Part shown: positions 1 through 13,240 of the stretch, piece after piece
Position numbering within the stretch: the stretch's first letter is position 1
How the letters are laid out: the number at the start of each line of letters is the position of its first letter
Assembly (NCBI RefSeq): GCF_000143415.4
Contig: NW_003314376.1
Coordinates: forward strand, 124,001-188,000
DNA from: Selaginella moellendorffii
Lineage: Eukaryota > Plantae > Lycopodiophyta
DNA length: 64,000 bases
Direction: 5' to 3'
Made by a program: the position numbers and the translations under genes
Notes under the pieces: generated by a model
The model's input: only the letters and a program-made list of their open reading frames with translations
Told to the model about the DNA's origin: nothing
The model's database searches: none

Positions 1-125
1 CCATGCCCCCCACCTGATGTTCTAAAGCATCAACAGATGACCGTAATGCTTCATACACAAAATTCCGAGTTGCCTTCCAGGACAATGTCTTGTATCTTGC
101 TCTCTCCTCTTCAATAGCATCCCAA

Positions 126-590
126 TCAGCATGTTGACAGCACCTCCTCTTGCAACAAGCAACTGTCGAGACCATTCGAACCTCCATCGCCATTTTCTAC
201 CTTTTTCGGTTCGTTGCTCAGATCCCTTTGGCTACGCTTTAGGAAGGTGTACTTTCTTTTCCCATGAAGAGATGTTCTGTCATCAGTTGTAGTGGTGTTT
301 GATTGTGAATCCTTCACATTCTCAAACACTAAGTGCCTCAATTTCCACCGCACAATGCTTCCAATAGTCAGACTGTTTTCTTCTGTGTCAATAACCTCTA
401 AAATCGCAACTCCAATATCATCTCAGCCCAATTCTTGATTAGCAACCGCATCTCTTGGATCGACAACTGTGGCTAAGCCCTCAGCTACCACCTCCCCCTC
501 GGGGTTGTTTAGAAACACCTTTGCCTGAATCCATGTAGCACAGTTCTTAAGATCCACGGAGGGAACATGCGTCGTACTTGCGGAGGCCAT
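126..590 (-). pseudogene. Decayed CACTA (En/Spm) TNP1-like protein fragment
   Basis: Reading from ATG at 590 gives MASASTTHVPSVDLKNCATWIQAKVFLNNPEGEVVAEGLATVVDPRDAVANQELG*DDIGVAILEVID...IVRWKL, with an in-frame stop. The VVAEG..DP...LG pattern resembles the Tnp1/En-Spm domain. Family call is from memory, not a search. Confidence 0.45.
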
Positions 591-869
591 TCTGAAAGTG
601 CAGAAAAGAAGTTAAGACCATACAAAAAATAATTGGAGAATGGCCTAAATCATAACATACCAAACAACCTCAATAGCATGAGGCCACTTGCCATTATTCA
701 AACATGCTATTGACACCCACGTGAAATTTCGCATTCACAAAATTGGCATGAGCCCTCATGCCATTAGTGGTACCACTAATCGCATGAGGCCTCAAAATGT
801 AAACCTTTTCCCCAACCCTGAAGGCCATTCTGAAAGTGCAAAAAAGAAGTTAAGACCATACAAAAAATG

Positions 870-969
870 NNNNNNNNNNNNNNNNNNNNNNNNNNNNNNN
901 NNNNNNNNNNNNNNNNNNNNNNNNNNNNNNNNNNNNNNNNNNNNNNNNNNNNNNNNNNNNNNNNNNNNN
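870..969. other. Assembly gap (100 N)
   Basis: N run; its flanks repeat 582-690. Confidence 0.99.
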
Positions 970-1206
970 TGGCCTAAATCATAACATACCAAATAGCATG
1001 AGGCCTCATGCCATCTTGATATACACACAGCTGCAGGCAAGTAAAAACATACATGACAATACGCTAGCCATGAAATTGCAAGGGCCCAAGATGGCATGTG
1101 GCCTTATGCCATTTCTAAATGTGGTCCTAAGCCATTCCATGGTGAACATACCAGGAAGCACAAGTGCCGAATATCAAGAGGAAGCGGTAGCCACACCAAA
1201 GACAGT

Positions 1207-1276
1207 GCTGCTCGCAACACCGCAACTACTCATAGCGCCGCTCGCAACACCGCAACTGCTCGTAGCGCCGCTCGCA
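1207..1276 (+). repeat. 30-bp tandem repeat, about 2.3 copies
   Basis: gcYgctcgcaacaccgcaactRctcRtagc repeated. Confidence 0.85.
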
Positions 1277-2135
1277 CAAACTGCCATTCGCATAAACTGC
1301 CGCTTGCAATGGCGCTCGCAATGCCGCAACCGCTCGTAGACACATAAACCACAGCTCACAACACCGCTTACACAAGCAGCGCTCACTACGCTCAGCGGAA
1401 CCAAGAACACGGCGCACAATAATGATAGACCTAGGAATGAGTTCGAGAATTCAAAAATAACACACGTTTGAACGTCACATCAAATCCTCTGACAAACTAG
1501 ATCTTATGATTCCTCTGACAAATTTCAAACTGAGTAGCTTCTAGACTTTGCTGTCGGAGGTTGAACTTTGTCACATCATGTCCTTGCCTCGATCCAGCTG
1601 TGCCATGTCAGTGATTCGAACTTTGCCATACCATATCAGCGATCCACGTCAAGATTATTCGCCGTGTAAAGGAATAATTATGCTGTGTGTGTACGTCCAT
1701 TTATGGCAATATAAGGCCACACGCCATTCAAAGAATAATGCTAGTCGAGCATTTTTTGGTGCATTTTTGGGTTCAAAATTGCATGAGCCCACACGCTATA
1801 AAGTTTACCTGTACCAAAAATAGAAACAACTTTATTTACTTGGGAATTTAAGTGGTTGAGGCATTTTTAAACTTACAAACACATGCTCTACTTACATTCC
1901 TTTGGTTGCTTAAAATTCAAAAATATTATAAACCTTTCTTTTTGCATTTTCAATGTTTTCAATTATGGTTTTTGATTTTCGCAGGACCAGCCTAGTAATC
2001 TATTTGCATCCCGTCATGTTTATAGCTAGTTTTCGTTTGTCCCCTTCGCTAGCCTGAGATACATCTGCTCGGCATCTGCATCTTACAGCATTTGCCCAGA
2101 AAGGGCATCTTTCTTCACGCAGCATTTGCCACATG

Positions 2136-2161
2136 TTTAGGGTTTAGGGTTTAGGGTTTAG
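2136..2161 (+). repeat. Short interstitial plant telomere repeat (TTTAGGG)3+
   Basis: tttagggtttagggtttagggtttag. Confidence 0.9.
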
Positions 2162-3460
2162 CAATTCAGTAGCTTGATAAACATGCAAATACAGAACTTG
2201 ATGCAAAATCCTTTGATATGTCACAATGCCCCTAGGACCATAAACACATTTCAATAGAGAGGGTCCTTTCATTTCATAACTCCTTACGTAGATCTTGGTG
2301 AAACCAGAGTTAGTGAAGTTGGTTTCTTGTGATCCCGCATCTGATTGTGATGTCCCTTTGCAGTGTCGATGGAAAGGTCAATGCACACCAAACTGTAGAA
2401 TCTTGGAGCAAAATAACGGTCGGATCTATGGCAAATGCCCCTGAAACATTGTAAGGCTCATGTGGTCTCATGTGGTGTCCGATCGAGATGCTTCTTTGCA
2501 GGGTCATCAAGAAGGACATTGTATACCATTCTTTATTTAGCTGAACATCTGGCATTTTTGGAAATACAAGATGCTTTGGAATATCCAATCATGCATGGTA
2601 TAAATATAGCGAGGGTATTAAATGATATCCCAATCATGATCTTTCTTTTGGATTTCGCGTGCATGCAGTCCGAGGAATGATGACGTTGTGGATTTCTTTT
2701 GGATTTCACGTGTATGGATGCACGCGGCGATCCAGAAATTAATGGTGGCGCCCAAGTCCGAGGAATGATGACGTTGCGGGATTACCAACCGTCGTGACAT
2801 TTCGCGCGTGTGAGGTTAGGTTTTGCATTTTGCTTCGTACTCGCGCTCGCATCGCGCTCGCACACTCGCACTTGCATCGCGCTCCCACTTGCGATCACGC
2901 TCACATTCGCGCTCATCTACCTTCTCTACAGGTTTCTCATGTGCATCGGCGTCCACTCGCGCTTGCATCACACTCGCGCTCGCATCGCGCTCGTGTGCAT
3001 CGGCGTCCACTTCAAGACACCCCCAGTTTGTAACTTCGCCGCCAACTCCGCCGCCCACTCCGCCACCCACACGCAGCCCACTTGGCGTCCCGGGAGATTT
3101 CAGCGCCACTCTCCAACTGTAAGTGGCAGAGTAGCCTTGCTGCTACGATCCGCTACACACACAGTGCACATTCGCCAGCAAGTCCGGCCTCGATTGTCAC
3201 GCCTCCATTCGGCTTCAAATGGTAAGTCTTTTAGGCCAAGTAGAAAATGGCATGAGGCCACATGCCATTCAGTAGCAACATTGGCATGCACCGATTGGGC
3301 TCTCGAGTGTAGTCCGGTTACAGATGGCATGTAGCCTCACGCCATCTTAGGATGCAGCCTCAAGACATCTGATGCAGTGGTGAATGGCGTGTGGCCTCAC
3401 ATTATTTCTAGCTTCTAGCTTTTCATCTGTCAGCTCTAATTGTTGTGCATTTTTTAATAG

Positions 3461-4441
3461 GCGAGGAATTGCGTTCTTCTTCCAGCCACTGTCAATGTGG
3501 ATGCAGAGAAGGGGGAGGAGCTCACCAGTTGGACTTTCGGGATGGAAGGCGAGGATCTGAGGCTGTACAACACAGATGGTGGGAGAAAAGAATGCATGGG
3601 GATCCTCATCCAAGTGACAGACACTCCATGCAGTTCCATGCAAGAATATGGACTGGCACTTGTGGTAGAGACAGCGTCCGCCTTCAAGATCCACCTTGCA
3701 CATCCTAGCGGCTTCCCGGAGGGGGGCAGCGGCTATGAGGAATTCCTAGAGGGAGCTAGGGAGAGGTTGTCCAGGAGGCCCACAATTTCAAAGACGCTGC
3801 GGGTCTATGAAGATCACATGGAATCCACGGACCTCACCTACGGCGATGTTCAAAAACTATATTCCAACATTGAGCCGTTGAGAGTGCCTCTAGTTTGCGA
3901 AGCGAAGGAAAAGGGGGTCGATCTGGAAACTACCCCGAAGCAGAAAAGGGTGGTCAAGCTCAAGCCGACGTCCGATTCTCCTGCTCCAAAAAAGAAGCTG
4001 CTCGGTGATGCCATTGCCTCGGGTTCGAACATTACACCCACCAAAAAGAAGAGCCGCAAAGAGTAGAAAGAGCAAGAAGAGGCAGCAAAAATCGTCGCAG
4101 ATAATAGTACTTGTTACTATTCCAACAAAGTATATACAATCGACGTGAGCTGTATCGACATCCAAAGCAAATACAACCACAGGCTAGTATCTGATGAGTG
4201 GGTGGAGAAACTAAAGCAGAAGATGCTGGCAAGTCCAGTAACACCCAACATTGCAGACGTGATCCCCTACTACCGAACAATGAAGGGCGAGACGAGGTTT
4301 CCAGACTTGACCACTGAACATGAGCGTGGACGTATTAGAGAAGAGATGGCATTACTATTGGGTTTAAATCCTGATAGTGTGGAGAGTGATGAAATTCCAA
4401 GATTATTGTATAGGCATTGGAGGCAAAAAATAACAGTCTGA
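3461..4441 (+). pseudogene. Interrupted ORF of about 325 codons, unknown function, possible ParB-like segment, probably TE-borne
   Basis: ORFs 3497-4066 and 4145-4441 share a frame and are separated by one TAG (4064-4066). Acceptor ttttttaatag ends at 3460; upstream donor gtaagt at 3221. Lysine-rich NLS-like stretches. Confidence 0.45.
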
Positions 4442-4884
4442 GATGGCATGTATTTATTTAAAAATGTAACTTATTATGGCATGGGGTTCCATGCCATTAT
4501 ATTAATATTAAAAGACAATTCTTTGAGAGGATTTGCATTATACTAGAAGTGTTACAGCATGTTATTGGAAGTTTACGAAGTTGTTTTATTAATAAAGGGA
4601 AAGTAAAGATTGAATGGGGACTTGGGCTCCACCTAGACTCAGAGCAACTGAGCCAATATTAAAAGGATGGAAAGAAATTGGACAACGATGACAAGGAGAA
4701 GAGAGAGGTGAAGCAGTGGCAGGGGGAGGAGAAGTGATTGAGTAGAAATTTCCTTGTTTAAAATAAAATGGCATGTGCCTCAATGTAGTTGAATTTTGTT
4801 ATATTTATATACTATATAAAGGTTTGGAAACCTTATTTTGCAAGTGGGATAATGACAATTCCCACTTTAACGAAATAGAGCTTA

Positions 4885-7209
4885 TATAGGAGTTTATATG
4901 GTGAAGCACCAACAGAACTCTGCACCCCTGTAACATATGCATACCGAAGAGACGGCAAATAACGATCCCAATCTGAATGTTGAAAGTTCACATACTTCGC
5001 AATCATCCCTTTGAATATCCGAACAAGCCGTTCCACCAGACCGTCTGATTGTGGATGATAAGCACTCGTGAAAGTGTGGCATATCCCCAATCGAGACGTC
5101 AAAACATGAAATGCCTCAGCCATAAATGCGGGACCATTATCCGAAAGAATCCGCTCTGGACAAGAATGCTGGAACACCACTCAATTGAGGAGGAAGTATC
5201 CAACAGTAGTTGCAGAGGCGCTAGCAAGAGCACCAACTTCCACCCAACGAGTCAAGTAGTCAGAAGCAATAATAACATACTCATTGCCAGCAGTCGATCG
5301 TGGAAAAGCTCCCATACGATCAAATGCCACTAACTCAAACGAACGGGAAACCGTAATTGACTCCAACCGTCCTTCCGCAGCATGAGGGGGAGTATTACGA
5401 GCTTGGCACTAAATGCAGCTACGCACATACCGGATAATATCACATCGCATCTCCGGTCAATAAAAAGACCTGTGCAGCTTCTCGGTGACACGACGGTGTC
5501 CCATATGCCCACCTAGAACAGAAGAATCATGGTAGGCATGGAGAAACCGTGGAATAAACACCGAAGGCACCACCAGCCGTAAATGATCATCAGGATCCGT
5601 CCCCACAAAATAAAGAAGTCCATCATCAAGGCGATATTGAGAATGTAAATGCCGGAAAGGCAAGTCATCAGCAAGTGATGCAGGATTCTCAAACCCATCT
5701 CGAAGCCTCCGAATTTACGGCTCAATCTTTTGAGCCTCGCGAACCTCATCAATAGAAGGTAGGTCTTGCTCTGCACCTTGTGGACACTGAACGTCAAGGA
5801 CAGCAACAGCTAACGGCACAGAATCCTCATCTAGAAAATCCACAGATGCTAGAACAATAGGTTCGTCAGAAACATGAGAAGTGAGTGGAGACGGAAGAGG
5901 AGCTCGAGACAGGGCATCAGCATCAGCCATAGAACTCTCTGGGCGATGAACAACATCGAAATCATATATCTGAAGCTTCAAAGCCCATCGAGCCGTACGA
6001 CCAACCAGGTTCTTCTGCTTCAATAATGAAGTAACAGCAGCATGGTCACCTTCAAGTAACGTCCGAGAACCATGTAGATAGGCATGAAGTTTCTCGAAAC
6101 CCCAGACTGCTGCTAAACACTCCTTCTCCGTCGTGGAGTAATTCATCTCTGCTAGTTGTAATGTATGGCTTATGTATGCAATGGGATGGCGCTGACCCGG
6201 CACACTCAAGCTCTCTTGCATCAACACACCTCCAAGACCAATGTTAGAAGCATCCACGTGTAAAATAAAAGGTCGAATGTAGTCAGGATATGCCAAAATC
6301 GGAGGAGTCATCAATAGCTCTTTGAGATCCTCGAACGCCCGCTTATAATCTTGACAAAGTGCTGGCCACAACATTCCTAGCTTGATCCGCTCCGACATAT
6401 TTGGCTCCATACGAAGCAAAAGACTTCAGAAACGAATGCCAAATTGCATCACCGACTCAGATAGCCCTTGGCGAAGACGATGCAATTGTTGGAAAGCATC
6501 ATCACAATCATCGGCATGTCTGAAGGCGCGTTTGAAGACGACTGGGAGAACACTCCAATCCCCATGAGTGGCTGCGCTCAAACCATTGTACCACTGCAAC
6601 ACCGTCCCTTGGAGACACGTCGGAAACTCATGCAACCGTTGAGCATCATCCCAAGAATGATATGTGGCAATCACCGTGAAGTGATCAAACCAATGGTACA
6701 CATCATCCCTAGGATTCCCACGAAAGAACTCCGGCCGAACACGAGGATTGGCACCAAGAGCAGGAGGAGTTGGACCACTTGCCGTGAATGCTGCCATCAA
6801 TTGAGTTTGGTTTTTCAATTGCAAGCGCATAGCATCAAGCAATTGGACCAATTGCTGCTCCAAAGTCAAAGGAGGAGATTGCTAATTTACCATGGAGACA
6901 AATGAAAAAAAACTGAAAGGAAAGAACAAAAAGAAGGAAATGGAAAAAGCTAGATATAGACAATGCAAAAGTTAGATCTAAACCAAAATCCCAAATCTAA
7001 GCACTCCTCAAGGACAATCAAAGGTGCCCCTCACCTCCACCAATGTGAGTGCTTAGAATATGGAAAGGGAATACAGAAATGTGTATATTAATTAGCCCAA
7101 AAACCCTAGCTTATATACAAGAGCGAGTGGTCCAGATTGAAACTAATCCGACGGCTACCAAAATCCCACTACGCTAATATTAGTATACGGCATCGTAACC
7201 GTACTCACA
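4885..7209 (-). mobile_element. Truncated Ty3/gypsy LTR retrotransposon (5' LTR, gag, RNase H, integrase; protease and RT deleted)
   Basis: LTR 7044-7209 (TGTGAG...CTCACA); PBS TGGTGGAGGTG at 7032-7042; gag 6426-6869; RNase H VDASNIGLGGVL in 5715-6419; integrase SDNGPAF and YHPQSDGLVER in 4833-5366. Homologous to 25000-29733. Confidence 0.95.
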
Positions 7210-7339
7210 GTATGATCTTTAGTACCAAATAAATACTAATATTATTTGTTTTTTTAATTTTCTAGTAAACATATTTAGAATTTTTTTAAAAATGAGTAAC
7301 TTTACTTTTTCCTTTTTTACAAAATATCGAAAGCACATT

Positions 7340-8653
7340 CTTTCGAAGTTTAAGCACATTTGCTTTCGGTCTCTGACAGCCCCTGAACAAACGAACGGAG
7401 AAATCGGGCATGCTTGATCAATCCAAAGAAACTAATCACTAAAAGCTTAACAGGTGATGGATTTTGTTTCGAGGATGACAAAACGGCTCTTTCCATTCCT
7501 CGTATTCTAGGCATGTTGTCCTGCCTGGATCCTGCATGCAAACCAAACTAATGTCTTTAGAACCTGGAAGTTGCAACAAGCAGATCAACACCTTCCTACT
7601 GACCTCGAGATTCGTGGCATCCGACAGAGCTGCAGAAGAAATGCTCGCACTGTGAGATCAGGCCTTGCAGAAAAAATATCAAGTTCTTTGCATACCTCTC
7701 TTGCATTCTCTAGTTCTTGATTCGGATTTCTCTTTCTCAACACCGACCAAATCGAAGCAGATATCTGTCATAGACACGGCAACCTGTAGAAAAATAAAAT
7801 CTAGAATCGGCAATACAATTGCTCGTTGGAGCTTACGTTGGAAAACTCAGGGTCCAACGTGCTAGACACCTCCATCAATTTAGCTTTGTCAACTTAAAAC
7901 CGTGAAAAAAAGCATTGGAAACTGCTTGCCTTTTGCTTTCTCACGCATAAATAAAACGCGACGCTGGTGAATACAGGGCGATCTAAATCAGCGCTTCGAC
8001 ATCTTGCTTCTGGTAAAGTGGCCAAAAATCGCTCTTTGTATCTGGAGCAAAACGTAGAGAGAGCCCGTAAAGAAATAAACTAAAAGGAAAGAGGAAGCTC
8101 TTACGCTGCCAAGACTCTCTGGACTGCTTGTATGAGTCTCACACATCCAAATGCACAGTGAGCTCACGCACATTCAAGCTTGTCCTGAGGAAAAAAATGT
8201 TATTCCCACATTTTTTTTCCATCTCTTTTCTTCCTGGCTTTGAAGAAATACCTGATACCAAGAGCATTCTGGACTGTGGTGAGTGATCTATTGTAAGCCT
8301 TATCAGAAAGACCACTCAGCTTGATTCCCTTTTGCCGATCAAATGGAACTTGCATCCTGTCCGAGAAGAAAAGAAAGAAATAAACTCCACCCGCAAAGAA
8401 ATGCAGATCTGGATACTTACATCGAGCACACGATGTCGAAACAGAGCACGGATCGGCAGACATCGCCCTAGAATAACACACAAGAGCATTGGATACCCTC
8501 AAGTCACAGGCGGAAAGAAAGAAGCAAGCACACTCACAATGCCAAATGCCGCCGCATCAAATTCCATCTGGGAGAGGTGCAGCAGCTCCTCGGCCTTGCG
8601 CAGCACTTCGCAATCGGCCGCCATTCCCAACGCTCCAGCGCCTTCATCTCCAT
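7340..8653 (-). pseudogene. ORC6: ORC6 pseudogene
   Basis: Colinear with the copy at 44230-45584 but has a net 4-nt deletion in exon 1 (~8630), loss of the intron-5 acceptor (~7895) and a mutated donor (~7449). Confidence 0.85.
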
Positions 8654-8976
8654 GGCGCGCGAAGAACCTTGCGTTTGGAAATAGGCGGGAAGATAACAAG
8701 TTAACCTAAACCGCGAGGGTTAGAGATAAACGAACATTAATGGTCAACTATAGTCAACCTTGGCGTTGTAGCCCCAATTTTATTTGGAACGATGGATGGA
8801 TCATACAAAACTTTTTAAGATTGTAGAAAGCTGGAGGGAATACAATGACGACGAGAGTCCTTCATTTCTCGCAGTGAAGAACACAATCAAAAAAAGGAGA
8901 TGGCCGAGTAGATCATATCTTGTTGAATGCAACAATGTCACAGCTTAGGATGTACTCTGCCGCCGGGCCCTCATCA

Positions 8977-10788
8977 ATCAAGAAGTATGTCACTTGAGGC
9001 TGTTAATACTGCTCCGTTGGATCTAACTTTTGGTGTTGTGGGGTGTGATCATATTGGTATTGTGCCCATCCTTGATGTGTTGTTTGTTGGTCTCCAGCTT
9101 TTGTGGGATGTGATTATACAGTTTATCCTGTTCTCAATGTTCTACCATCTCTTATTGATATGGAGTGTGATCATAATATTGATTGGTGAGCTATGGATGA
9201 TGCCATTTAAATTCTTGGAGAATGTTTGAGGATTAAGTTTGTGGAAAAACAATGTGTATGAACTCGGGTGGATTCCAAAGTGTGATGATGAGCTTGATTA
9301 TTATAGAGATAGTTTTGGAGATGAAGTGGAGGTTTCGTGAAGTAGGTGTCAATATTTCAATCTATTATTAAATCCTTTTTCTTTCCCTTCTACTCTTTCC
9401 CAACTATTTTTTTATTTTTCAGCTTGAGCCACCTTCTCAAGTTCCTAGTATTTCTTCTTCATTTGTAGTGTTTTCTTCTTTTGGCATGTAAATCATTTAT
9501 GACTTTTATGATTTTAATTCTCAATCCAGTGTTGAGTTGAGTGTTTTCTATCCTCCTCATACTAATCTGGATATTGAATGTATCCATGAAGTTGAGAATC
9601 TTGCTTTTGTTTCGTTGGTAAAGTCTTTGATTAGTTCTGGTATTGAGTATTTCCTTGTTCCAAGGGTTAAGTCACTTTGGCTAGAGTTTTGGGTTGAATG
9701 CATGTCCCCATTTGTGAGTGCCATTGACAGCCTTTGCTTTATTATTGCTCATGAAGAATTTATATATTCCCTTGAGAGTGTGAATGTTGTTATTGATTTT
9801 TCCATATCAGGTGTTAAGTTGTGTGTTGAGAAGGTTGAGTGGTGTGAATCTTTTGTTTATATTGTGGCTGAAATATTTTACGAAAGGAAATCCCCTATTG
9901 ACCAAGCTTTATGCATATATTCTTTTGATTTTCCATTTTTGCATTGTCAGTTGTTGCAAATTCTTCTTCCAATGCTTCTTTATTTACTTTTTCTTCTTCC
10001 ACAATTGTTTTTCTTCAAATTTTTTTTCTATTTTCTCCTTTCTGCCTTGACACTTCAAACTTTTTTTTCTTTAGAGGAGGGAGTAGAGGGGACAGATGGG
10101 AGTCTGGCCCCGATGATGGAGTGAGGACGAGCAAATATGATAGTGGAGCGAGGACGAATGATATAGATTGTGGAGTGAGGACAAGCATAGTGAGTTTGAA
10201 TGAAACATCCAACCCCGACGTAATGAGGCAGAATAGATGCGATAGTGGAGTGAGGCCGGACATAAATGGCGAAGTGAAGACGAGCACAGTAAGTCCAAAA
10301 GGAGCTAGTGTTTCAAAACCATTTTTTCTTCAAGGAGGGGATAAGGAGAATGTGAAAGATGAATGGAGTGAGTCTGACCTCCCTAGTGCAAAGTTATAGT
10401 TGTGTGGTTGGTTTGAGCATTTGGGAGTTGCATAAAGAGTTGCAATTGGTTCATCAACGTTCTATAGTGGCTTAATGATTATGCCATGGTTTTAGATTTT
10501 ATTTCAATCATGGTTATCATCAACTTTATTGGTGGTTTTGTGGGAGTTTTAGATTCTTGTGGTAATTTATAATTGCTCAACATAAACTCAAGATGTTCCA
10601 CCTGACTTATCATTATCACCTTTTCATCTTCCAAAAGGAGGATGGTGTAAAGTTTGTAAATATATATATGTAGATATATGTATTACCCTAGCTAAGTAAT
10701 ACACTAATTATAGACTGTCCATTTGGGACTAAATCTGAAATCAAGTAGGGGCCTAAACTTTAATTAATCTTTATTTTGAGCACTCACA
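8977..10788 (+). mobile_element. 5'-truncated non-autonomous LTR element (LARD-like), copy 1
   Basis: Matches 35040-36890; PPT aaaaggaggatgg then LTR 10646-10788 (TGTAAAG...CTCACA). Confidence 0.8.
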
Positions 10789-11284
10789 ATATATATTTTA
10801 TATATTATATGGCTTTTGGGATGGATCTAAATCATAAAATTTGGATTCACTGCAATATCTTAATATGGGGGGTTTGTGACATTGGAAAAGAACTAGATAT
10901 TTGTATTATATTTGAATTTGATATATATTTATAAATAAACATTTACTTATAAATTACTCATAAAATAACAAACGATATTTTTTAAAGTTACACTCAAATG
11001 GATTTTATAGTAATAAATGTATATTCAGTAATACTAAATATAGTGAATTTATTCTGTAAATTAGGTCAGAAGGTAAAACCTCTATTAAATAGGAAATATT
11101 GCCACTCAGATCTAAATATTATTTTAATTTTAATTTTTTAAAAATACCTGTTTAATAAAAATATTTCCATGAAAACATTAATAAATTATTCTTTCGTGTA
11201 CCAGAATATTTGAAAATATTTTTAATGACTCCTTTTGCTCTCTCTATTATCAGATCTGTATAGGACTACATTAAGTTGTACATT

Positions 11285-11510
11285 CTTGAGGTCAGTAGGA
11301 AGGCATTGATTTGCTTGTTACAACTTACAAGTTCCAAAGGCATTAGTTTGGTTTTGGTACAAGATCCAGGCAGGACAACATGCTTGGAATACAAGGAATG
11401 GAGAGAGGCCACCTTGAAACAAAATCCATCACCTAGTAAGCTTTTAAAGCATGCCCAATATCTCTATTTGTTTGTTCAGAAAAGCAAATGCACTTAAATT
11501 TTGAAAGAAT
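11285..11510 (+). pseudogene. ORC6: ORC6 3'-exon remnant in the + arm (also ~36910-37160 and ~48475-48720)
   Basis: DPGRTTCLEYKEWREATLKQNPSP corresponds to ORC6 exon 9 (DPGRTTCLEYEEWKEAVLSSSKQNPSP); no upstream exons. Confidence 0.75.
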
Positions 11511-11987
11511 GTGAAGGTGACGTTTCCAATTTTGAACTTTTGTAAGAAAAACAAGTTACTCATTTTAAAAGACTTTTAGCTATACAAATATGTTGTTTAC
11601 TAGCAAACCAAAATACCAATTAATATTAGTGTTTAGACAATTTGATTGGTACAGAAGACCATACCAGTTGATTTATATTGTGTTGGTTTTACCAATTGCT
11701 TTACTCATCCTCTTGCATAACACTGCAAAGCAAAACACTATCCCTTTTCCTCCTCCTCTTGTGATTACTATTACTATAATATGTATTATTATTATAAGCA
11801 TTAGTAACATTCTTCATGGTTGCCTGCAGATGCAGCTTCTTGGCTATAGAAACTTGCTGGAGATGGTGGGCTTTCCAAAGCTCATCTCTCAAAAGGCTCT
11901 TGAAATGCAACAAAAGCTGCCAGAATCTCCAAGGATGAGTATTAGAATGGTGAAGAGAAAAGTTTAGCATTTTTGTTTCTTTGCTAA

Positions 11988-12044
11988 GGGGAGATAGCTC
12001 AGATGGTAGAGCGCTCGCTTAGGGATCAATAACCAGCATCTCCA
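11988..12044 (+). pseudogene. tRNA-Ala pseudogene with 16-nt internal deletion
   Basis: ggggagatagctcagatggtagagcgctcgcttag/ggatcaataaccagcatctcca; 3' anticodon arm and variable loop missing. Confidence 0.88.
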
Positions 12045-12490
12045 AATATGTTTGATTATTGGATCGTTCCAGGCGTTTTGACCGATTTTACTGGTGTTGA
12101 CCTCTGGGGGAGCTATGGATGGATGTTGCACCGTGAGACTGTCAACAGAGCAATGCATAGATATTTATCTTGTGTTCTTTTTCCCACATTTTTGCAAACG
12201 AGTAAACAAGTTTCGTTCACTGGAAGTACATTAGGATTGAGCCTGGACATCAAATTAAAGATGTTGAAATATTGAGCATTTCGTGATTGTGAGATTAAAT
12301 CGCTGTTCACATCTAGGTTTGGGCTCTTTGGCATGCTCAGTTCAAGTCCGACAATCCACAGCGTCACAAGCTCTTGTTTCTTTCACAAAGCCAAAAGTAC
12401 CTCTTTATTTTCTATTTTCTAAGTCAAGGGTTAGGTTATAATCTTTCTCGCTTGGATTTTTCTATTGTCGAAGCTCTCGTCAGGTAAGCT

Positions 12491-13240
12491 ATGGTCTCTC
12501 GCGCTCACGCCGCCCCAACGCTTGCCCGCCGAGCTCCAGCGCCCTGGCATGGCGGCCATCACCGAGCTTCACACCCGCGAGCTCCAGCTCTAGCTCCAGC
12601 ACATCCACCACACCACCATGGACACCATCCTCGAGGAGCCCACGAGCCAGTGCCAGGTTTAGCTCCAGTTCTTCAAGGTGACGCTCCAGTTCGAGCCCCA
12701 GCGCCAGCTGCTTTCGTTCACCCTGCTCGCGGCCACCCTGCTCATCTAGCTCCAGCGCCCGATGCTCGCCACCACGATCCAGCTCCAGCAGCAGCAGTGT
12801 ACCATCATCATGACGGTGATGGAGCCCCTCTGGTTGTTCACCACCATCACCATGGTCACCACCATGGAGGACGCCACAACCACCACCACCACCACCACCA
12901 CCATCGTCGCGAGGGTCACGACGCAGCAGTGGCCACACCAACACCCGCAGCAGTAGTTACAGTGGTTCGGAGGACGCCATGGTCGCTGCTCCAGCTTCTT
13001 CTGTGGGTTTTGGTTGCGATCTTGGTGCTGCTCGCATTCTTTTTGCTCGTGCGATGGATGTTCTCTCGGAGGAAGCAGCGCAGTAATGCGATCTTTCAGG
13101 ATCCCGGGTGGCAGATCGAAGTTGTGGTGGACGATTCTCTGACTGAGAAGAAACAGCTGGAAGCTCACACTCGTGGTTCGCACAGCAATGGCACTCTGGG
13201 ATTCTCCTCAAAGTGTCCTGCCAACACTGGCAGTGACGCG
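12491..13240 (+). CDS. His/Ala/Pro-rich single-pass membrane protein, probably a first exon
   Basis: 250 open codons: AP-rich region, poly-His, hydrophobic WSLLQLLLWVLVAILVLLAFFLLV, basic RRKQR; ends at GC|GTAAGT donor. Frame is preserved in the copy at 38132. Confidence 0.55.

Noticed and set aside
582-1014. Direct repeat around the first gap
   Set aside because: Straddles a 100-N gap, so it may be contig overlap.
2136-2161. Chromosome end or telomere-healing site
   Set aside because: Under four units, internal, and no junction evident.
5715-6419. Novel 234-aa protein
   Set aside because: A deletion-created fusion of gag and RNase H sequence.
9537-10124. Hydrophobic 195-219 aa ORFs in the LARD (also 35766 and 46845)
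   Set aside because: A T-rich strand artefact; stops and frames differ between copies.
12489-13183. Antisense and alternative-frame poly-G, poly-V and poly-T ORFs
   Set aside because: Shadows of the (CAC)n repeat in the His-rich ORF.
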